A stretch of 60,172 bases of DNA from an uncultured Gammaproteobacteria bacterium (GTDB taxonomy: Bacteria > Pseudomonadota > Gammaproteobacteria > Steroidobacterales > Woeseiaceae): assembly GCA_938003715.1 (NCBI GenBank), contig CALKYK010000517.1, positions 1-60,172 of the forward strand. The letters run 5' to 3'. A model generated the notes under the pieces. The model searched no databases, was not told the origin of the DNA, and saw only the letters and a list, made by a program, of their open reading frames with translations. The translations under genes were made by a program, and so were the position numbers. Positions 30,472 through 39,470 of the stretch are shown here, piece by piece. The number at the start of each line of letters is the position of its first letter. The first letter of the stretch is position 1.

Positions 30472-31374
30472 CTAGCGCATTTCGCCGGTCGCCAGCCAAT
30501 GCGCGCAGTCGGCACCGAGTTCTTCTTCGGCGCGACGCTCGTACTCCGAGACGTCGTCATCGGTCAACAGGTCGCGCCAGCGTCCGTTGACACCTTTGTG
30601 AATGAACGTTTCCGCGCCGCCGTCCCAGAACGCGCCACCGAGCGGAACGCTTTTTGTCGAGTTCTTTTTCATGTAATCGAAACTGCAGTGCAAGAGGATA
30701 TCGGCCCACTTGTCCTCATTGACCGGTATCTCGAGAAATTCCGCGATGCGCCTTATTTCCCCGGGCATGTCTTTCTTCAGATTCGAGAAATGGACCAGCT
30801 CAACATTCGGCAATTCGCGAATGGACCACCACGAGCGAATGTTTTCCCAGAACGACCACCACGGGTAGCCGTCCTTGTCCAGCCAGTCGCGGAAGTACTG
30901 CACGATCGATTCGGTTGGCGGCGGCATCGGCGGTCCGACTCTGCCCGGCGTGTTGTTGAGCGCGTCATACCAGGTGTCGTTCGCGTTGGCATGATGGTTG
31001 TACAGGCTCCATACGACGTCGCGGCCGTCCCGGGCGATGTACAGATACTTCGCTTTCGGCGAAAACACGAGTGCATCGACGGGGAGGTGAGTTTTCAGGA
31101 ACCGGCGGTGCGTCTGTGCCTCGACGAGCGGAAGCTTCACCTCTTTCGGCGGCACGCGAAGGTCCAGCCATGGCGACATTTCCGCGGTCTCGAGACCTTC
31201 CGCACCGTCGAACAGCAGCTGCGCGATGATCTGCTGCATCCAGGTCGTGCCTGATTTCGCGTAGGTCGCCACGATGATGTCGTCATCGCGAAATTCCAGG
31301 TCGTCCCAGATCGTCGAATCGAAATGATGGCTGTGCAGGTCGCGAGTCTTCTTCGGAAATGCTGCGGCGCACAT
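30472..31374 (-). CDS. PAPS-dependent sulfotransferase (cytosolic SULT-type, Sulfotransfer_1)
   Basis: 300 aa. 5'-PSB loop YAKSGTTWMQQI and 3'-PB motif RDGRDVVWSLYNH. Confidence 0.85.
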   Translation of the reverse strand: MCAAAFPKKTRDLHSHHFDSTIWDDLEFRDDDIIVATYAKSGTTWMQQIIAQLLFDGAEGLETAEMSPWLDLRVPPKEVKLPLVEAQTHRRFLKTHLPVDALVFSPKAKYLYIARDGRDVVWSLYNHHANANDTWYDALNNTPGRVGPPMPPPTESIVQYFRDWLDKDGYPWWSFWENIRSWWSIRELPNVELVHFSNLKKDMPGEIRRIAEFLEIPVNEDKWADILLHCSFDYMKKNSTKSVPLGGAFWDGGAETFIHKGVNGRWRDLLTDDDVSEYERRAEEELGADCAHWLATGEMR

Positions 31375-31464
31375 TGTTGTTCTCCTTGTCGGCGCGTCGA
31401 CGATGGTGGCGAGCCCATCACGTTAGAATAGGCATCATAAGCGGCACAAGGCGACGGGGGAACC

Positions 31465-31797
31465 GTGTTCCACATGCTCACCTGTTTCAATCTCAGGGAC
31501 GGCGTCACGATCGACGAATTTCGGGCCGCCCTGAACGCGTTTCACGAGCATCTCGTCGAGGGCGCATTCGTCCACGCCACGGGCCCTGTCGGCCAGCGGC
31601 AACGGCACGAAGTGATGGACACGGACGACGAACGCGACCACGAGTATTTTTTCATCATGACGTTTCGCGATCGCGCGCAGTGCGATCGCGCCGTCGAGTA
31701 CATTTATCGGCACGACGAACCGGCCGAATCGATTCATCACCGGGTCTACGAGAAGATCGCCGATCCCGTGTTCATCTGCTGGGAGGATGTCGAATGA
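31465..31797 (+). CDS. Small hypothetical protein (ferredoxin-like/Dabb-like guess)
   Basis: 110 aa ORF, with GTG at 31465 or ATG at 31474 after a GGGGGA stretch. No family recognised with confidence. Confidence 0.55.
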   Translation: MFHMLTCFNLRDGVTIDEFRAALNAFHEHLVEGAFVHATGPVGQRQRHEVMDTDDERDHEYFFIMTFRDRAQCDRAVEYIYRHDEPAESIHHRVYEKIADPVFICWEDVE

Positions 31798-31998
31798 CAA
31801 ATAGGAATCACGTCCGATAGTCACTACTGACAAGGCGCATACGAACGCCACCTGGTCCGCCGGTAGAGAGTGTCAATTAATTTTGGCGCGATGCGCCGCG
31901 ACCCTGCATTACACGCGAACCGAAATGATTCCGGTCCCGCGGCAATTCGCGCCCGGCGAGCCGCATGGCCCGCCGGACAAGAATCTCATTGTCGGGCC

Positions 31999-32748
31999 TC
32001 AAAAGCTGATGTCGGGGCGATAACGAAGTATGCGCAGATCGCTAGCCAGCGTCATCTCTCGCGCCGGCATTACAAGTGCCGAATATTCCTCGTCGCTCAG
32101 GTAATTCAACGCCCCGCGCGGTCGCTGCAAGGCCGCCCAGTTTTCAAGACGCGCAGCGACCACCCAGGTAGTGGCATTGCCTCCATAGACCTGGTGGTTG
32201 AATGAGACCCCTTTGGCGCCACCTTTCTTCAGTGCAGGCACGAGCTTGTCCGCAACCCAGGTGTGATATTCACCCATGTGCGTTGGCTTGACCGTCGTAG
32301 TGCGCAGCAGCAAAAGGTCCGGTTCGCTTCCTTCCTCAGGCGATATCGTCCACTCGCGATGACTGCGCAGGATGGTTCGCTCGCTCGATTCCGTGACATC
32401 GAGAATCGCAGCAACCCACTCCGCCCAGTCGTCCTCGTTCATCACGGGCTCGTTCGGTTCATCCAGCTCGGCGAGATCGTCTACCGGCGCAACGATGTGG
32501 AAGGTCGCCAGATCTCCGCGAATTTCCTGCCATACCCCGCGACCCGGCCTGCCGTCCGCCTTCAGCGCCTCTGATAACTGAATCTGCAGCCGTACAAAGT
32601 CGTTGACGCGGCCCGGCTTGACATGCACTTCCCGGACCTGAATCCAGGTGCGCTCGACTTCCTGTGCGATGCTGATCGCCGGCATTGCCAGCGCGATTGA
32701 GATGAGCATACCGGCGACGGCCGGAATCCCGTTTCGATGAATGGTCAT
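31999..32748 (-). CDS. Secreted hypothetical protein
   Basis: ATG at 32748 after GGGGAG. Signal peptide MTIHRNGIPAVAGMLISIALAMPAISIAQE. 249 aa. No family recognised. Confidence 0.6.
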   Translation of the reverse strand: MTIHRNGIPAVAGMLISIALAMPAISIAQEVERTWIQVREVHVKPGRVNDFVRLQIQLSEALKADGRPGRGVWQEIRGDLATFHIVAPVDDLAELDEPNEPVMNEDDWAEWVAAILDVTESSERTILRSHREWTISPEEGSEPDLLLLRTTTVKPTHMGEYHTWVADKLVPALKKGGAKGVSFNHQVYGGNATTWVVAARLENWAALQRPRGALNYLSDEEYSALVMPAREMTLASDLRILRYRPDISF

Positions 32749-32960
32749 GGCTTGCTCCCCGATTTTATTCTTGCCTAAAGAGCGGTTTTCAGGCGTGCCC
32801 ATTCAGTGTAGTAGCTCGAATCGTGATCGGGCGGTAAACCGTCCGGATCGGAAACAATTACGGCGCCTGAACTAGACTGTTAACAGCCCAGCAATCAGCA
32901 GGGACCGTCCAGGATCAGTATTCACTAATGATCGGGGAACGGTCTGCTCCGGAGGACAGC

Positions 32961-33497
32961 ATGCAATCACAGAACCTGAACGACTGGCTGCAGATCGTAG
33001 GGGCAGCCGGAATCATCGCGTCGCTGATATTCGTTGGCATGCAGCTCAGGCAGACGCAGAAAATCGCCATTGCCGCTCAATACCAGGCACGACATGAATC
33101 CTCGCTGGAGAACCTGCGAGCACACCTGCACAGCGGCGAAGTACTGAGAATCAGGGGCACTTTCATTTCCGAATCGGTCGCGAGCGACCCGGAAATTGAC
33201 GAGGTGCCCAAAGCGCTGACATTGGAATTACCGATCGAAATTGTTGCCGCTTATCAGCTGCTCAGTGAAATGAACAAGAAAACAGCCGACAATCTCTACT
33301 ACCAGTACCAGTCCGGATTTCTGTCCGACGAAGCCTGGAACGCCTTTCGTGCCGAACTAAAAGCCTTACTCTCTCAATCCGGGCCGCCCGGATCGATACT
33401 GCGATTCGACATCGAGCATTATCCCGACCAGTTCCGGGAATCTTTCCACGAATTGCTGATTCAGATCATTGCCGAAATCGACGCCGATTCCGCCTGA
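32961..33497 (+). CDS. Membrane-anchored hypothetical protein
   Basis: ATG at 32961 within ORF 32928-33497. One N-terminal TM helix (WLQIVGAAGIIASLIFVGM). No family recognised. Confidence 0.5.
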   Translation: MQSQNLNDWLQIVGAAGIIASLIFVGMQLRQTQKIAIAAQYQARHESSLENLRAHLHSGEVLRIRGTFISESVASDPEIDEVPKALTLELPIEIVAAYQLLSEMNKKTADNLYYQYQSGFLSDEAWNAFRAELKALLSQSGPPGSILRFDIEHYPDQFRESFHELLIQIIAEIDADSA

Positions 33498-33554
33498 TCT
33501 GGCGACGCGGCGTGTATTGATTCGGCCGTAGGCGCCTCGCAAGGACGGAAGGCG

Positions 33555-36500
33555 TCAGTTCGTTCGCGGCATCGGGTCCTCGTCCCAGAACCACAGCGGC
33601 GCGAGCGGCACTTGTTCCGGCCAGACCTGGTCCATCGTATCGGCGTCGTAAAGCCGGCCGTTCTGCATCACTCGGTCGATCGCGTTCGTGTTGCGGATGT
33701 CGTCCAGCGGATTCGCATCGAGGATCACAAGGTCGGCGAACTTGCCGGTTTCGAGACTGCCGATCTCGTCCTGCCGGCCGATGATGATCGCGCCATTCGC
33801 GGTGGCCGCGCGCAGCACCTCCATCGGCGCCAGGCCGCCGGATGCCAGTGCCCACAGCTCCCAGTGATAACCCAGGCCCTGGAACTGGCCGTGGCTGCCG
33901 ATGCCGACCAGGCCGCCGGCGCGCACGATCTTCGCCGCCTCCGCTGCGGTGCGATCGAACGCATGTTCTTCCGGACGGAACCACTGCCGCCGCTGCGTCT
34001 TCGTATCGACGACGAAATGCGGCATGAAGCGTCGCACCTTGGCATCGTCGTGGGGATTCTCCTGCGTGAAGAAATACTCTTCCGCCCACGGCCCGCCGTA
34101 GAGCACGAGCAAAGTCGGCGTGTACGTCGATCCCGAGCGCGCGACGAACTCGACGACGTCCCTGTAGAGCGGAATCAGCGGGAAGGAATGTTCCGTACCC
34201 CAGAACCCGTCCTGGACCTGCGTCAGGTCGAGTTTCATGTCGAGGCCACCTTCGGTCGTCGGCATCATGCCGAGCTCCTTCGACGCCTGGATCACGTGCT
34301 GGCGCTGCTTGCGGTTGCCCGACAGGTAGGCCTTGATGTTCCGCGTCCGGTAATGGTCGCGGTACTTCTTCAGCACGCCGACCGCCTGCTCCTTCGACTG
34401 GAACTCGTTGTTCGAGAACACGCCGGGGCCGGTCGAAAACGCGCGCAGGCCGGTCATCTGCCCGGTATCGATCAGGTCCTGGTAGGCGAACTGGTCGTTC
34501 GTCGAGGTCTGCACGTCGAGCCCCGCCGTCACGCCGTACGCGACGTTCGCGAGAAACGCCCAGTGCCCCGGATCGAGTATGCCGCGACGAATCTCGAACC
34601 AGTGCGCGTGGGTATCGATGTACCCGGGCACGATCGTCTTGCCGCTGACGTCGATCACCTCCGCGCCGTCCGGCGGCACGATCGAACCTGACGCACCAAT
34701 ATCGGCGATGCGATTGTTTTCAACCAGGAGATCGCCGGACTCGATCACCTCATCACCGTTCATCGTGACCAGGCGCGCACCACGCAACAGCACAGCGCCC
34801 TGCGGCACGTCGCGCGGCATTTCGACAACCACTTCGAACGACTCGTACTTCGGCGGCTCGGGCGTTTCCTCTTCTTCCTCGCCCGCCTCGTCGTCGCCGT
34901 TCTCCTCGCCGTTTTCTTCCTTCTTTTCCTCCTCGAACGACACGCTGTCGAAGTCCTGGCGGAAAAACGTCGAGCCGACCGCCCAGGTCATCGTTCGTCC
35001 GTCTTCGGTCCAGTCGAAATAGTCAGCGCCGATATCCGTCAGCTTCTTGCTGGGCACCGCGGGATTCGACACGTCGACGGTCTGCGCTTCGCGACTGAGC
35101 TGCGGCACGGCGACGACGTGCAGCTGGTTGCCGACGTGCGCCAGTGCCCAGCCGCCGCCGGGGCGCATACGCACTTCGTTCGCGGCAACCGCTTCTTCGG
35201 CGGCGAATATGCCGGGCCCCTTGACCTGCACGTGCATGCGCCGGTCGCTGCCGTCGAGGCGCATCGAGAGCAGGCCCGCCTGCGAATAGAGATAGACCCG
35301 TTCGTCATCTCCCGCGAAATGCGGCACGCCGAGCGCATTTGCGTGGGCAACGAGCTCGATCGCGCCGCCATCGGCGGATACCTTAACCAGGTCCATCGCC
35401 GGCGCGCGCGCATTATCGAAAAACTGGTGCAGCCGCGCGTAGGTGCTGCCGCGCAGCGCGACGACCGTGTCGCCGTCCGGCGTGAAGACGGGATCGGTGT
35501 AGAACGCCGCTTCCCGCGTCAGCCTTTCCGGACGGCCGCGCCCGTTGCTGCGCACCTTCCAGATGTGCCCGCCGTCGCTGCTCCAGGTCACGTATGTCAC
35601 CCAGCGACCGTCCGGCGACCAGCTCGGCTGGAACGCCGGCGTGTCGTCCGTAACGAGGCGCGTCGGCGTTCCGGACGGAAGCGTCATCCGGTACAGGTGC
35701 GTCAGTGCCGAGAAAACGACCGCGCTGCCGTCAGGCGCCTGGCGCGGTGTCTGGATGATGCGCGCCCGTACCGGCCCGTCATCTGTCGTCTGGCTCTGCC
35801 CCAGCAGCGGGCCTATTGGCGCCGCAACCTTCGCATTGAACGGGATGACGGCGGCGCTGCCGTCGGCAAGACTGACGCGCTGGATCTTGCCGTCGAATGT
35901 CGTGACGATGGCTGCCCCGTCCGGCGTGAACGCGTAGGGCGGCAGCAGATCGCGGCTGAACAACGCTTCCTGGTCGTCACGCTGCACCGGGTAAGTCAGC
36001 CAGCGATCTGCCCCGGTTTCCAGGTCGCGAACGCGAAAGCCGGTCTTTGCGTCATGGCGCGTTGCGTACACGAGGTGCCGCCCGTCCGGGGAAATCTCCG
36101 GGCGTATCGCGCTGCCCTGCGCCTGCACGACTGTATCCTCGGTGCCCTCGGTGAGGTCGCGGCGTACCACCTGCCACAGCGGGAACTGCACGTTGTAGCC
36201 GAAGCCGCCCTGCTTTTGCGCGTAGTAGAGATACTTGCCGTCACGTGACGCGGTCACGCCGACCGCATTGTGCCGCTGGTCGTTCGGCGTCTCCGGCGTC
36301 GGCTTCGCCTTGGTGACCTGGATGCCGGATCCGCCCTGTACGTGATACATCCAGATCTCGTGCGTGCGCAGGCCCCAGTTCGATTTCGAGACGAACACGT
36401 ACTGCCCGTCGGCCGAGAACTCCGGAGAAAGGAACGTGCCTTTGGTTTCCTTGCTGAGCTTTTTCGGCTCGCTGCCGTCCGCGTTTGCGATCCAGAGGTT

Positions 36501-36866
36501 TTCCGAACCGTCGCGATCGGAAAGGAACGCGATCATCGAGGCGTCGGGGGAATACGCCGGCTGCGATTCGAACGCGATACCGGTCAGCAACGGTGTGGCT
36601 TCGCCGCCGCTGGCCGGCAGCGTGTAAATGTCGCCCAGCAGTTCGAAAATGATCGTCTGCCCGTCGGGCGACAGGTCCAGCGACAGCCACGTGCCTTCGT
36701 CCGTTTCGAATTCGACCGTGCGCTCGGGCTCGAGCGGCAGGCCTTCGTCTTTCTTGTCTTCCGCTCCGTCGGCGATGTCAGTGTCTGATTGAGCTAGCGC
36801 CTGTCCGGAAATCGATCCCGCCAGCACGATGCCGAGCGAACAGATCGCCATAGACGACGTAATCAT
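33555..36866 (-). CDS. Secreted TolB-like beta-propeller / amidohydrolase fusion protein
   Basis: ATG at 36866 (or 36851) within ORF 33555-37184. Signal peptide. PD40/TolB-like repeats (YSPDASMIAFLSDRDGSENLW). Acidic linker EEEKKEENGEENGDDEAGEEEEE. C-terminal metal-dependent amidohydrolase (PGYIDTHAHW). Confidence 0.85.
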   Translation of the reverse strand: MITSSMAICSLGIVLAGSISGQALAQSDTDIADGAEDKKDEGLPLEPERTVEFETDEGTWLSLDLSPDGQTIIFELLGDIYTLPASGGEATPLLTGIAFESQPAYSPDASMIAFLSDRDGSENLWIANADGSEPKKLSKETKGTFLSPEFSADGQYVFVSKSNWGLRTHEIWMYHVQGGSGIQVTKAKPTPETPNDQRHNAVGVTASRDGKYLYYAQKQGGFGYNVQFPLWQVVRRDLTEGTEDTVVQAQGSAIRPEISPDGRHLVYATRHDAKTGFRVRDLETGADRWLTYPVQRDDQEALFSRDLLPPYAFTPDGAAIVTTFDGKIQRVSLADGSAAVIPFNAKVAAPIGPLLGQSQTTDDGPVRARIIQTPRQAPDGSAVVFSALTHLYRMTLPSGTPTRLVTDDTPAFQPSWSPDGRWVTYVTWSSDGGHIWKVRSNGRGRPERLTREAAFYTDPVFTPDGDTVVALRGSTYARLHQFFDNARAPAMDLVKVSADGGAIELVAHANALGVPHFAGDDERVYLYSQAGLLSMRLDGSDRRMHVQVKGPGIFAAEEAVAANEVRMRPGGGWALAHVGNQLHVVAVPQLSREAQTVDVSNPAVPSKKLTDIGADYFDWTEDGRTMTWAVGSTFFRQDFDSVSFEEEKKEENGEENGDDEAGEEEEETPEPPKYESFEVVVEMPRDVPQGAVLLRGARLVTMNGDEVIESGDLLVENNRIADIGASGSIVPPDGAEVIDVSGKTIVPGYIDTHAHWFEIRRGILDPGHWAFLANVAYGVTAGLDVQTSTNDQFAYQDLIDTGQMTGLRAFSTGPGVFSNNEFQSKEQAVGVLKKYRDHYRTRNIKAYLSGNRKQRQHVIQASKELGMMPTTEGGLDMKLDLTQVQDGFWGTEHSFPLIPLYRDVVEFVARSGSTYTPTLLVLYGGPWAEEYFFTQENPHDDAKVRRFMPHFVVDTKTQRRQWFRPEEHAFDRTAAEAAKIVRAGGLVGIGSHGQFQGLGYHWELWALASGGLAPMEVLRAATANGAIIIGRQDEIGSLETGKFADLVILDANPLDDIRNTNAIDRVMQNGRLYDADTMDQVWPEQVPLAPLWFWDEDPMPRTN

Positions 36867-37132
36867 TGACTTGTTCAACTGAGTCTCCCCGTAGGCTGGA
36901 TTTTTTTGATTCGCCGCGCCTGGCGCCGAAGTATATCGGCTCGTGGCAGCGATCATTATTGACCCTATTGGACCACAGATTTCCCGGCAACGTCGCAGCC
37001 AGCTACTAAGCTCAATATATGACGGGCAGCCAACGGTTTTCCGTCCTGGTAGCAGCGCATTTTCTTCCGCGCTCCACCGGCCACGCGCTGGCTGTTCGAC
37101 CCCAATAATCGAAAACAACGAGGGATAGAACA

Positions 37133-37765
37133 GTGAAAAAACTGATATGCGTCGGCTTGTTGCCGATATTGACTGTAACAGCACAGGCTGTCATTGCTGA
37201 TGACGACCCGAGAGTCTTCCAGACTGCCGAGATCCAGGCATCAATGAATCCTCCGATGTCCGGAATTTTTACGACCGCCGAAGGCGCCGCGTGGCTCAAG
37301 CGATCAGAGAATCGCATTGACGGGCGTGTGATGGCCAAGGTGGATACAGCGAACGAGCCATATTCGATCTGGTGGGTCGGATTCAACAACCGCGCCGGCT
37401 GCGGCGAATCCTGTGGGCCCGAGGACCTCGCTGTCGGAGGCGTGGCCGCAGATGTCGCCATTTTCAACGCGTCGGGTGCAATCAGCGCCGCGACTGGCGA
37501 ACCCGGGGAAGGCGGTGTGATCAACGTCGACGTTTCGGTCATTGGAGGCGAAGGACCGAGCCACGGGTCCCAGGACCCGCCGTGCCCGGCGCCCTTCTGC
37601 ATGCCGGATCGCGGACTAAGGGAAGACAATGGTCTTTGCGCCGAGATCCACATCGATATCAATCGACACGAGTTCAATGGCGACTGGGTATTCGAGCTGA
37701 CCTATCCGGAAGCGCCGCAGGCGTTTGCTATCTTTCCGCCGGCCGAAGATTGCGACCACCACTGA
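37133..37765 (+). CDS. Secreted hypothetical Cys-containing protein
   Basis: 210 aa. GTG start. Signal peptide KKLICVGLLPILTVTAQA. No family recognised. Confidence 0.55.
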   Translation: MKKLICVGLLPILTVTAQAVIADDDPRVFQTAEIQASMNPPMSGIFTTAEGAAWLKRSENRIDGRVMAKVDTANEPYSIWWVGFNNRAGCGESCGPEDLAVGGVAADVAIFNASGAISAATGEPGEGGVINVDVSVIGGEGPSHGSQDPPCPAPFCMPDRGLREDNGLCAEIHIDINRHEFNGDWVFELTYPEAPQAFAIFPPAEDCDHH

Positions 37766-37796
37766 GCAACGCCGGCGCGCCGAAGCGTGACAGGGA

Positions 37797-37823
37797 GCCC
37801 CGTCGAACGGCGGGGCTTTTCTC
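37797..37823. terminator. Possible terminator hairpin between convergent genes
   Basis: GCCCCG-N8-CGGGGC followed by TTTT. It lies between the stop at 37765 and the minus-strand stop at 37822-37824. The stem is short. Confidence 0.35.
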
Positions 37824-39459
37824 AGTTTGCCGGCAATGAAGTCACCCGCTCCGGTCGCGCAGGACCTCTGACCCACACGCCCGGCCGCTCGCCGGTCAGC
37901 GCGCCCGCCTTGATCACGAAACGGCCATTGATCATCACGTGCTCGATGCCGACGGGATAACGGTGCGGGTCCGTGTAGGTCGCCATGTCGCGGACTTCCT
38001 CCGCGTCGAACACGGTGATGTCGGCGTATGCGCCCTCGACGATGCGGCCGCGCTCTTTCTGGTTGTACTGGTCGGCGGGCATCGAGGTCATTTTTTTAAT
38101 CGCTTCCTCGAGCGTAAGGACACCGAGTTCGCGCACGTACCTCGCGAGCACACGCGGGAACGCGCCGTAGCTGCGCGGATGCGGGTAGCCGTCGCCCCAG
38201 GCGACCGGATCGCCGTCGGTTTCGATCATCGCGAGCGGGTGCTGCATGATGCGGATGACGTCGTCCTCGTTCATCGCGTGATAGATCGCGGAGAAGCCGC
38301 CTTTTAACTGCAGCTCGATGACGAGATCTATACCCGTCTCCAGACTGTTCGGCAGGCCGCGATCGGCGGCCATGTCCGCGAGCGTCCTGCCGTTGTAAGA
38401 CTCGTCGGATCGCAGCACACGAATCTGGATGCGGCTCAGGTCACCGCCGGTGCGGTCGTTCATGAAGATCTCGCGCATGTCCTCCCTGATCTGCGGCAGG
38501 AGTTCGGGGTCGGTCACGCGCTTCGCGAATTCCTCCGGGCCGCCGGCCAGCACCCACTGCGGGAACAGGATCGCGGACGACGTGCTCGACGCCGTGTACG
38601 GGTACAGGTCGTGCACGATGTCGATGCCGCGCTCGCGCGCCTCGTCGATCAGCGCGAGGCTCTGCTCCGACCAGCCCCACTGCGCGACGCCGGCCGCCTT
38701 GTGGTGGTTGATGTGCGCAGGGATATCCGCTTCTTCTGCAATGCGTATCGTCTCGTTCACGGAATCGAGCAGCCCGGTCGCCTCGTTGCGCATGTGCGTG
38801 ACGTAAATACCACCGTACGCCGACGCAACTTTTGCCAGCTCGATGACTTCCTCGGTCTCCGCGTAGTTCGCCGGCACGTACAGCAGCCCCGTCGAAAGTC
38901 CGAGCGCGCCCTGCTTCATCGTTTCCTCGACCAGGTCGCGCATCGCCTGCAGCTCGTCGGAATCCGGCGCGCGGTTTTCGAGCCCCAGCACCTGCTTGCG
39001 GGTCCAGGTGTGGCCGGCGAAGAAGCCGACGTTCGGCGCAACCTCCAGCGACGACGCGTACTCGTCGAGCGGCCACGGCTGGTCGCCGCTGTGCAGCCCC
39101 GCGATGATCGTCGTGATGCCCTGGCGCGTGAAATTCTCGGCCAGCGGGTGCTCGTGAATCGTGGTCTGGATGTGCGCGTGGTTGTCGATGAATCCGGGTG
39201 CGACGATCAGGCCGCTGACGTCGACGACCTCCGCCGCCTCGTCCTCCGGCAGCGGCTCGGACGAGACCGCGATGATGCGGTCGCCCTTGATGCCGATGCT
39301 GGCGTTGAAGCGCGCATTGCCGAGCCCGTCGACGACTGTGCCGTTCTGCAGTACGACGTCGAACGGCTTGCCGCTGTCGGCGCCGTCCGCTTCCGGTACC
39401 GGCGCACGTCCGCAGGCTGCGAGGACGAATAGCGCGGCAAAAAGCGTGATTCTATTCAT
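37822..39459 (-). CDS. N-acyl-D-amino-acid deacylase (D-aminoacylase) family lipoprotein
   Basis: ATG at 39459 internal to ORF 37822-40998. Lipobox LAAC. FDVVLQNGTVVDG...GDRI and PGFIDNHAHI are typical of Amidohydro_3 D-aminoacylases. Confidence 0.85.
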   Translation of the reverse strand: MNRITLFAALFVLAACGRAPVPEADGADSGKPFDVVLQNGTVVDGLGNARFNASIGIKGDRIIAVSSEPLPEDEAAEVVDVSGLIVAPGFIDNHAHIQTTIHEHPLAENFTRQGITTIIAGLHSGDQPWPLDEYASSLEVAPNVGFFAGHTWTRKQVLGLENRAPDSDELQAMRDLVEETMKQGALGLSTGLLYVPANYAETEEVIELAKVASAYGGIYVTHMRNEATGLLDSVNETIRIAEEADIPAHINHHKAAGVAQWGWSEQSLALIDEARERGIDIVHDLYPYTASSTSSAILFPQWVLAGGPEEFAKRVTDPELLPQIREDMREIFMNDRTGGDLSRIQIRVLRSDESYNGRTLADMAADRGLPNSLETGIDLVIELQLKGGFSAIYHAMNEDDVIRIMQHPLAMIETDGDPVAWGDGYPHPRSYGAFPRVLARYVRELGVLTLEEAIKKMTSMPADQYNQKERGRIVEGAYADITVFDAEEVRDMATYTDPHRYPVGIEHVMINGRFVIKAGALTGERPGVWVRGPARPERVTSLPAN

Positions 39460-39470
39460 GATGCACTCCA

